A stretch of DNA of 64,000 bases, taken from contig NC_043000.1 in NCBI RefSeq assembly GCF_006345805.1, positions 136,834,001-136,898,000 of the forward strand, in the 5' to 3' direction. Made by a program: the position numbers and the translations under genes. Below are positions 54,560 to 64,000 of the stretch, piece after piece; position 1 is the stretch's first letter; every line of letters starts with the position of its first letter. Under the pieces are notes generated by a model that ran no database searches, had not been told where the DNA came from, and worked only from the letters and a program-made list of their open reading frames with translations. The DNA is from Octopus sinensis (Eukaryota).

Positions 54560-55290
54560 TCTAGCTTTACAAAAATTTCTTACACGTATTATGCACAAGT
54601 ACAGAACGAAGCTGGTTTGAAAAATTTGATTCCAAATCTGGTACAACTTCTTATTTTGGGGCACAACCAATTAAACTGATTCCAATACTCGATGAGTGCG
54701 TATGTTTTGTCGATTTCGAAACAGTAGAAAGCAAAACGGAATAAAATGTAAGGAAAACGTATATGAAGTAAAGCTTTTAAATGACAGCAGTTCTCTGGAT
54801 GAATGCGTGTAGAACGGTTTTGTAGTTCTGCGTGCAATTCGGACAGGCCCGACTGACGGCACCTTCGGGCGTCAAGAGTTTCTCTCAAACTGACAATGCC
54901 CCACAGTACAACTTCCAGGTAAGAGATTTCAGGAAATTGTCATCTGGCCCAGGCTCAAATATCTTTTAAAACAGATCAGCCCGTTGCTTTTTATTGACTC
55001 CGGTGTTTTCCAGAGAATGACGTTGCTTTGCCCTCCACTGATCCTCATTATAGAACGCCAACGTGATATTACTGCCTACCACATTGCCAGACTGCTAGAG
55101 GACTTCATAATACGTCAGATGTCAAGTGCCCTGACTCGGTTTTTGCATAACTCAAGACTGGAGATCTGTAAAAGAGATGAGTTGTGGGAAAGCGAATCTG
55201 ACAAACAGACTACTTCTGTTCTGATTTCTGATTTAGGCACAAGACCATCAATTTTGAAAAGAGGAGATTTGTTGAGACCATTGATATCAG
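54560..55290 (-). mobile_element. L1/Tx1-clade LINE ORF2 C-terminal relic
   Basis: GPDDNFLKSLTWKLYCGALSV*EKL...VSRACPNCTQNYKTVLHAFIQ, the zf-RVT CCHC region. Confidence 0.75.
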
Positions 55291-55318
55291 TACTTAACGG
55301 TATCTTATCGATTTCAAA

Positions 55319-55733
55319 GGCGGCGAGCCGGCAGAAACGTTAGCACGCCGGGCGAAATGCTTAGCGGTATTTCGTCTGCCGTTACGTTCTGAGTTCAAAT
55401 TCCGCCGAGGTCGACTTTGCCTTACATCCTTTCAGGGTCGATTAAATAAGTACCAGCTACGCACTGGGGTCGATGTAATCGACTTAATCCGTTTATCTGT
55501 CCTTGTTTGTCCCCTCTGTGTTTAGCCCCTTGTGGATAGTAAAGAAATAGGTATTTCGTCTGCCGCTACGTTCTGAGTTCAAGTTCCACCGAGATCGACT
55601 TTGCCTTTCATCCTTCCAGGGTCGATAAATTAAGTACCAGTTGTGTACTGGGGTCGATGTAATCGGCTTAATCCGTTTGTCTGTCCTTGTTTGTCCTCTC
55701 TGTGTTTAGCCCCTTGTGGGTAGTAAAGAAATA
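55319..55733 (+). mobile_element. SINE family M dimer with 20-bp TSD GGTATCTTATCGATTTCAAA
   Basis: TSD at 55299-55318 and 55734-55753; internal junction GAAATAG|GTATTTCG at 55550/55551. Confidence 0.92.
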
Positions 55734-57099
55734 GGTATCTTATCGATTTCAAAAGGATGAAAGACATAGTTGAACTCGGTGAGATTTTAACTCAGAAAGA
55801 GCCAACAACCAAAACGAGTCTTAACTTAGTAAAGCGTCGAGGTTATATAAATATTTTTGGGTTTTGTATTATATTGTAATTCGTCTACAACAGCGTCTTA
55901 AACTATAAGTTTCCACTGAGCTACTCACTAGCTCCAGACATTTCTAACGGCACGAGTGACAAGAGATCGTCTAAACTAGTGCGAAAACAAACTTCATCCA
56001 TAGAGCACCGTCGTTTTTTTTTTATTCTGCGGTGCTTATATCTTAACCGCACTAACATAAATCTTCCAAAGATATTAATTCACACACGTACACACGTCCG
56101 GTCAACATTCGCATTCTGTCAAATTCCACTCATAAGGTACTCGTCAAAACAGCGTTATGAAAGAATACACTTTCAAAAATACTACGCACTTGGATCAGAC
56201 CCTGGACTACTTGGTTACAAAGTGAAATTCTTAACTACATAGACGTATTATCTTAATTTTCTCTTTCCGGTTTTTTATATTTTGATGATATCTAAGTGCT
56301 TTTCAGCCATACAGATATCACAGATTTATTTGGATAAAGAATATTTGCTTGAGAGAAAAAATATTTTACCAACTGAATAATTAAGATTTCCTCTAAAATA
56401 GGCACTGCCACTTCGTGACCTTCTTATCAAATGGATAATCTACTTAGAGATATTCATTGTAAAGCTGAATATCCCTTTACTTCAATATTTTGACTCTTTG
56501 TTTTCTGTGTGAAAGTTATACAGTTTTTTAATTGTTATTGTTGTTGTTTAGTATCGTTGTTCAGGTCTATTTGAGTAGACTCGTTGCTCGGAAGCAACCA
56601 AGTGAATGTCCTGGAATAACAATACTATAGTTTCAGACTGAGGATCCTAAAATTACTAGACAGAGGCACTCCTCTGACTACCGTGAGTGCAGCACTCTAG
56701 ATATATATATATATTTTTTTTCTGAAATGTCTGTCAGGCTTAACTGTTTAATCACATGCATCGAAACAACGAACTATTGTAGATTGTACATGTTGTTTTC
56801 GTTTCGTCTTGAAAATGATAGAAAGTTTATCGAGGCATATTCCACTGCTAGATTGAACAGTGTGAGCGTTCACATAGAATCCTTTTTATTGCCTACAACT
56901 GTAATTTATCATATATGATACTTATGACACATTAATCAGTCTCAGAAACATTTCTACTCATTATTCTATTCTATCTGGTCGATAGTAAAAGAAATATGGA
57001 CGGTAAAATGAGAAAGGGGTAACAAAGATGAAAGCAATATTATAGCCTTATCACATTAGAATTGAAAGTAAAAGAATAAAAGTGAAATAATATTATATC

Positions 57100-57318
57100 A
57101 CATTACAATATAGATCTTATTCTTTCACTTTTGACACGTAATACCGAACCAGTGCCAATGTTATATTGTTTTAATCGAAATGAAAAAAAGTACATGTTGA
57201 CACTCACAGGGTCTGATACTGTTACCTTGTAAAATTTGCTTTGATTATGTCGAGCCGTTTGAGAATGCATAGGGAACAGACATACAGACAGAGAGACAAA
57301 GAATTTTATATATGTAGA
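57100..57318 (-). mobile_element. Helitron 5' fragment
   Basis: Minus strand starts A|TCTACATATATAAAA with a (CAGA)-type tract; similar to 26150. Confidence 0.6.
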
Positions 57319-57323
57319 TTGTA

Positions 57324-58907
57324 CATGGAAACATTATGCCAAATTGAAACAAAACAATAGACATTTTCAAAGATATGAACGAAATATTAATTTTAAAATG
57401 ATACAAAAATATGTACACCCTAAAGGATTATTTGCTATATTCCATATTTGGTGTAACCACCCTTGCTTTCAATGACTGTATTAAGTTAAGTCTTTTGGGT
57501 GTATAGTCGACTAAATTACCACATATAACCGATGAAATCGACCTCCATTTTTCCTGAATGTCTTTCAACTGTGTTACTTTGCCGGGTTTTTCTCCTCAAC
57601 CTTCCTTTTCAAAACACCCCACAGATGTTCTATTGGGTTTAAACCAGGTGATATGGTCGGCCATAACACTTACGCCGCCGTGTTTCACTGTAGGCACGGT
57701 ACATTTGTAGCTATTATCTTCACTTGGTCGTCGCCATTCTCGTTTAATACAATCTGACCCAAACAATTTTATTTTAGTTTCGTCAGAAAAAAGAATTTCA
57801 TTCCAAAACTCCTTCCCCTTTCTCACATAGGTTCCGGCTAAAGAAAGACAACTTGGTTTAGGCCTGGTAGTGAGAACAGGCTTCCTACGAGGAAGGCGTC
57901 CATAAAGACCACACTGGTTCAAACTTCGGCGAATTGTTTGGATGGATACACTCTTTCCTCTAACAGAAGATACTTCTTGGGCCAAAGATGAAGCGGTACG
58001 ACGCCTGTCATCCATCATGGAATATTAGATGGGGCGAATATCACGCGGAGTTAAACTAGAAGGATGACCTGGGTGATGTTTATTGTTTAACCGTCCATTA
58101 GCTTTGTACTTCTGAATTGGAGGCGCAATGGCCCAGTGGTTAGGGCAGCGGACTCGCGGTCGTAGGATCGCGGTTTCGATTCCCAGACCGGGCGTTGTGA
58201 GTGTTTATTGAGCGAAAACACCTAAAAGCTCCACGAGGCTCCGGCAGGGGATGGTGGTGATCCCTGCTTTACTCTTTCACCACAACTTTCTCTCACTCTT
58301 ACTTCCTGTTTCTGTTGTACCTGTATTTCAAAGGGCCGGCCTTGTCACTCTCTGTGTCACGCTGAATATCCCCGAGAATACGTTAAGGGTACACGAGTCT
58401 GTGGAATGCTCAGCCACTTACACGTTAATTTCACGAGCAGGCTGTTCCGTTGATCGGATCAACCGGAACCCTCGTCGTCGTAACCGACGGAGTGCTTCCA
58501 TCACTTCTGAATTACTTTGGCAACTGTGTTTACGCTAATATGTATTCGTTTGCTAATTAACTTGCATCCTAAGCCACTCTTATGCAAATTAAAAATAATT
58601 TTCTTCAACTCTCCAGACATGCTTTTCCTTTTGGTGCCATTTTACTCGCAATGGAGAAGATTTTCTCTACGGTACACAAAACAGAATTCCTGCATATGCA
58701 ATAACAATGACCGGTGCAAAAATGCCAGGAGAAATGATTTATGAGAATCGTATCTGAATTAGTAAAAAAACAAGTGGATAAAATATTGAATACAGCAAAT
58801 TTCCTTCAGGATGTACATATTTTTGTAGCGTTTGAAAATTAATATTTCGTTCATATCTTTGAAAATGTTTAACGTTTTGTGTTCTAAATTTGTATAATGT
58901 TTGCATG
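57324..58907 (-). mobile_element. Tc1-family DNA transposon, defective, with ~110-bp TIRs and TA TSD
   Basis: MAPKGK...HTH; TIRRSLNQCGLYGRLPRRKP; LFSDETK; VKHGG then an internal deletion to WPTISPGLNPIEHLW; KGGYTKY; TIRs align (GTACATATTTTTGTA..ATTAATATTTCGTTCATATCTTTGAAAATGT). Confidence 0.92.
58119..58502 (+). mobile_element. tRNA-SINE, head G, tail Y, inserted in the Tc1 transposase; TSD ACTTCTGAATT
   Basis: TSD at 58108-58118 and 58503-58513; the transposase frame resumes across it. Confidence 0.92.
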
Positions 58908-59601
58908 TATAATATATATTATTCAGTATAAATTTCGTTTGATTTCTTTCGATACTATCAGAGTAATGACAATTTTACTGAAATTTTTATGGGTATACAT
59001 ACTTCTATGAGACACTGTATTCATATGTACACACACGCATACCCAGATGTACACGTACACACACACACACACACACACACACGCATACACAGATGCATAC
59101 GTACACACACACACACGCACACATATATTTGGAAAATTGTGGAGTATCTATCACTATAGGATTAAAAACTATACCATTCTCCGAACTGAACGCCACTGCA
59201 TAGTATAAGGGTCCCACACGCTCCAATTAGATTAATTAAGGTCCAAATATTGTTACAGCTGAAGCTTCAAGGACACACGTATCAACATCATCGTCACCAT
59301 TTTTATCATCATCATCTTCTTCATCATCATCGCCGCAGTCGTCGTTTAACATCTACCGCACCATGCTTACTTATGACAGACTGAAATTTGTTGAAGCAGG
59401 TTTTCTACGACAGGGTGCCTTTTCTATCACCAACTTTTACCTGTTTCCACGTAAAGTAATATCTTCCCATGGTCAGACTTATTTTTCACGGAAGACAAGA
59501 AATGAACAACATTGTGTTCACATGACTGTGAGACACGTTTGCAACCATCATATAATGTTACGACAAGGGTGAACATACAAATACAAACACACGTATACGT
59601 T

Positions 59602-59662
<61 letters not shown>

Positions 59663-59847
59663 GCGTGCGTGTATGTGTATACACAACAGGCTTCTTCCAG
59701 TTCTCGTCTATCATATCTTTCCATAATGCTTTAGCCGGCTTGAGGCTATAGAAGAAGACACTTGCTCAAGATGCCACACTGTGAGGCTGAACCCGAACTC
59801 AAATTGTTGAGATGCAACGCTCTTAAGCACACCCACCCACACGTAGA

Positions 59848-59895
<48 letters not shown>

Positions 59896-59931
59896 CATAT
59901 TTAGGTACGTACATACATGTTTGTGCGTGTA

Positions 59932-59987
<56 letters not shown>

Positions 59988-60708
59988 TGTATGACTTCAA
60001 AAAGTTTTTCTACAAAGCAATAAAAAGATGTTAATTCATATTTGTATTTATATGTATGCCTGTGAATCCGTTTCGTGTTGATATGCGAATGTTTTTTTCT
60101 TCTGTTTGTTAAGTGTATTTACATTTTTTCAGTCGTTTCATCATACTATATATTTACATAAATTATTTTATTTTTAATTTTACCGCCTAGTTTGCATTTT
60201 CTTTCTGTAATCTAAAAAACATTTTTTTGTCCCTGTATATTGCATTTCTTTGTATACCTAATTGTCTTTTGATATTCTCAGGCTTTATTTTTATAAAAAT
60301 AAAACATAATTTGTAAGAAATACATTTTCTTTTGAATTTCTTTATATCAATTGTAATGAATCTTGTTTCTAAATTGAATAGTTCCTCAAAAGCAAAAATC
60401 ATTTTTCTGGCAAATAACTTTAGAAAATCTTCTTTCAAACTATTTTTCTTATAGCATTGGTCTTGACCTATTTATCACAGTAAATCGGAATTGAAATTTA
60501 AAATAGTTCTGTATTGATTTTGCGAAAAATGACCGACTTTCTTGTTTTGTTATATATACATATGTGTGTGTATGTTACTGTTGTGTATGTGTGTGTCACA
60601 AACATATTTTAACAAACCTAAATTTTGCCTATATAACAAACGATGGATAGGTGTCAATTCATTACAGCTGTTTCCAACGAATTTTTTTTTTAGTTAATGG
60701 ATACATTA

Positions 60709-63009
60709 TCTTTATATATAAAACAGAAGATATCTGTGTGGCTGTATGTGTATGCACGTTAGGCATTTCCGCATTTTTCAACCGATTTCGCTCAAACTTG
60801 ACACGCTGATAGCTTATGCTCTATGGGTAGTCATGATCTACTTTATATTTTCCAGATCACCCACCCACCGCGAAGAATTGTCCAGAAAACCGGTTTTTGC
60901 ATATAACTCCCTGGTGTTTCGAGTGATTTCCTCTAAATTTGACATGAACATTACTCATGACATAAAAATTGTTTTGCTGAGAATTTTTGTCACGGTTCTC
61001 TGCGTTAATTGTGAAAAATCCACGAATAACTGCGTAAAAATCGTTTTTTTTTTTGTCAATAACTTCTGTAGTTTTCAACCGATTGTTCCAAATTTGGCAC
61101 AAACATTATTCATGCTTTAAGAATTGTTTTAAATTTGTTTTTCTTTAGTTAATCCGCGTTAAATGGGAAAAGTCTGCAAATAACTGCGTAAAATTCTGTT
61201 TTTACCTATAACTTCCGCCGTTCCAAAACCGGTTCGCTCCAAATTTGGCAAGAATTGACTATTTTAAACTAATGTTTTGTCAAGATTATTCGCATTAAAT
61301 TTGCAATTTACTGGATTAAAATTAATTTTTTGCTTACAACTTCTGTCGTTTACTCACGCGCCAATGATTGTGGGGCAGCTTTACCTTGCTAATTTGATCT
61401 ATGTGCATTAGTGTTTACTTAACCCCGCCTCCTATTATCGCCTACGATCATGATGCCCTCCCCCCCCCCACACACTTCAGCACAAATTTTCTTTAATTAC
61501 CCTCCGCTCATGGTGTGATAACACGGGGTGAACTGCGAACATGACCTTTGACATGTGGGCGTGAACACTATTAATGCGCACCCCTCGTTTTTGATCTTTG
61601 TACATTAGTGTTTACTTAAAACCACCTTATTATCGCCAACGGCCATGATGCCCCCTTCAGCCTCTTATTTGGTGTGTATGACTGCTTTTACCAGGTCCTC
61701 ATTGTTTACTCCCTTCCACCACCACCACTATTAGCAGATGAACTGGTAACATGACCCATGCGCGTTAACACTATTGGTTGTCCACTCTAATGAGTCCGTT
61801 CACTTCATTCTTTGACTGGATTTCATTGGTGGAACACTATCCACCTGATCAGGCCAGTGTCAAATCGTAATCATTGATGCGCTTTTGTGCATATCTGATA
61901 CGTGCTTCAGCTTATAGGTTAAGCCTACCATTTGACGTACAACATTGCTTTAACTTCATATTTCCTGTTGAAATTTTTCGTTGTCCCCATACTCAATTAA
62001 GTTAACTCCTTCATACTGTTGCTGCCTACTAGTTTTTAGTTACATGTCGTTTAAAAAATATTGTATTTATTGTCTTTGTGTCCACATAGCTAACTGTCTG
62101 TCCCTGCTTCCTCCCTTTTTGAATAATACGCTCAGTAGATTCACTTTTTATACAACGTACTAAATTTGTGTTCTTAGTGTCCCATTTTGCCCGCTTTTGA
62201 AAACTCGCAATTTAAATATAGTCCGATACTACCGCCATGCCACCTAAGAAAAGAATGCGCTTCTGCTGCCAAGAGAATGAGGATGAGACATGTTTTTCTC
62301 ATGGCCAGTTATATGTCGGATGCTCCACAGTTGGAAGCAAACAAAATATATTCGTACTTGCCTCTGATGGCAAAACGAAAAATGTGGCTACAGAGAGGTG
62401 TTGTAGACACTTCATGCGTCATCTGCTTTCAAATTCGTGAATCTCGGTGCCTCCACTACACCAGTGCAACCTTGCAGACCTGATATGTGGTAAGTGAGTG
62501 CTACCGCGGTCATATTTTCACAGTTACTAACTTTCCTCACCCATGTTTCTTTTCCTTTGTCCAACCTAGGTTTGTCATCTGCTTTCACAGAGTTTCACAT
62601 TTCACAGCAACAATTCCGTTGCTTTCGGTGTAAAGGAAAAAAAGGGCCCTTTCCAGAGCCACTTTTCATACGATTGTTACACCACCTGAGAACGCATTAC
62701 AACCCTTTTTAGAGCTTCTTATCAAATTGTTACCGCTGTGAGAACGACAAAAAATGCCCTTTTCAAGGCGACTTCACCTGTAATTGTTACACCATCTGAG
62801 AACGCATTAAAGCCCTTTTCAGAACATCGTATCTAACTGTTACCGCTTGGCTTCAGCGGTACTCGGTGACCAGTTTTGTTACAATTTGCAACAATCTTGT
62901 TCTAATTTTGTTACAATAAGCGACCAATTTTGTTACAATTTGGCGTTAACATTACTATCAAAAACAGTGTAGTATTTTAATCTCGAGCAACGCCTTGTAC
63001 TTTTGCTAG
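60709..63009 (+). mobile_element. Complete non-autonomous Helitron, 2.3 kb
   Basis: A|TCTTTATATATAAAA at 60709, degenerate hairpin 62982-62997, CTAG|T at 63006-63010; internal duplications; helicase relic. Confidence 0.85.
62237..62440 (+). pseudogene. RepHel deletion-derivative mini-ORF carrying Pif1 helicase motif VI
   Basis: MPPKKRMR...CFSHGQLYVGCSTVGSKQNIFVLASDGKTKNV. Confidence 0.75.
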
Positions 63010-63098
63010 TATCATTATAAAAAGCCGTTTTCTTTATATGAAAACATGAGCCACATTGTATTCGTCTATAGTTGTTGTGTATGCATTTTTGTTTTGAC

Positions 63099-63156
<58 letters not shown>

Positions 63157-63228
63157 AATGAATATGGTACTTAACTTAGATGCACCAGAATTTTTTATGG
63201 TATTACCCATAAAATTATCTGGGGTGAT

Positions 63229-63607
63229 TATAACCAAAATATAAGCAACAAGAATGGATCGGTAGTTTAGTACAATTGTTTCATACTATAACAATTTATT
63301 AAAGCTGCAAATATTACAGCAAATATAATGTTAAGTAATCTTCAGCTAATTTCATATAGGTTTTCCAAACATCTTAGAGAGTGTAAATATACTTATAAAG
63401 TTATAGATGTGAGCTCCAGAAACTTGAAGCAAGAGCTCATATCTATAACTTTATAAGTATTTTTACACTCTCTAAGATGTTTGGAAAACCTATATGAAAT
63501 TAGCTGAAGATTACTTAACATTATATTTGCTGCAATATTTGCAGCTTTAATAGATTGATATAGTATGAAACTAAACTACCGATCCATTCTTGTTGCTTAT
63601 TTTTTGG

Positions 63608-63612
<5 letters not shown>
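63229..63612. mobile_element. 385-bp near-perfect foldback (MITE-like), TA-flanked
   Basis: Arms of about 185 bp; loop 63417-63432. Confidence 0.85.
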
Positions 63613-63643
<31 letters not shown>

Positions 63644-63853
63644 ATTCAGGTGAATAAGGCATTTATATGGTTAGGCACCGGGTCGGGTGATTACCTGATT
63701 GTGCCAGTGTCAAATTGTAATCATTGATGCGCTTTCGTGCATATCTGATACATGCTTCGGCTTACAGGTTAAACCTACCATTTGACGTACATAGAGACAA
63801 TATAGATAGATAAATGTAAATATAGCTATAGATACGCGCGCGCGCGCGCGCAC

Positions 63854-63888
<35 letters not shown>

Positions 63889-63918
63889 AACGCTCAAACA
63901 CAAACCCATGTATATATA

Positions 63919-64000
63919 CGAGGTGGTACTGAAAAGTTCCTTGCTTTGGGTAAAAGAAAATACAGAAGGATCAGTTAATTATGATTTTATTCAACTTACA
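63919..64000 (+). mobile_element. Left end of a mariner-like element, cut by the window edge
   Basis: TA|CGAGGTGGTACTGAAAAGTT resembles mariner TIR starts. Confidence 0.45.

Noticed and set aside
54569-54918. Two apparent plus-strand exons with good splice signals (LYKNFLHV..., FCVQFGQ...)
   Set aside because: The minus strand gives the Tx1/L1 zinc-finger region, so these are antisense frames of a LINE relic.
54984-55343. 119-aa plus-strand ORF
   Set aside because: Antisense to the Tx1 relic and ends inside a SINE.

Overview
AT-rich eukaryotic DNA dense in microsatellites and transposon relics. The SINE, LINE and Helitron families point to a cephalopod (Octopus-like) genome, but this is my recognition and not a database result. 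No intact host protein-coding gene can be supported; most ORFs in the track are translations of microsatellites or SINEs. Recognisable content: an R4/Dong-type LINE and further Dong 3' ends, all inside (TAA)n; RTE, CR1, Tx1/L1 and Gypsy relics; a Tc1 element with TIRs; two hAT relics; several Helitrons (one complete 397 bp, one complete 2.3 kb with a helicase motif-VI mini-ORF); a GG-TIR DNA transposon with an 8-bp TSD; and four tRNA-SINE head types with shuffled tails. The best finding is a set of minimal type I hammerhead ribozyme motifs in Penelope-like palindromic elements: two intact copies (36975-37017 minus, 41008-41050 plus), one G12A copy (37075-37117) and two core-variant families (19.1 kb, 51.3 kb). 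Several long foldback hairpins and a 150-bp inverted duplication could form dsRNA. All alignments were done by eye, so boundaries of decayed elements are approximate.
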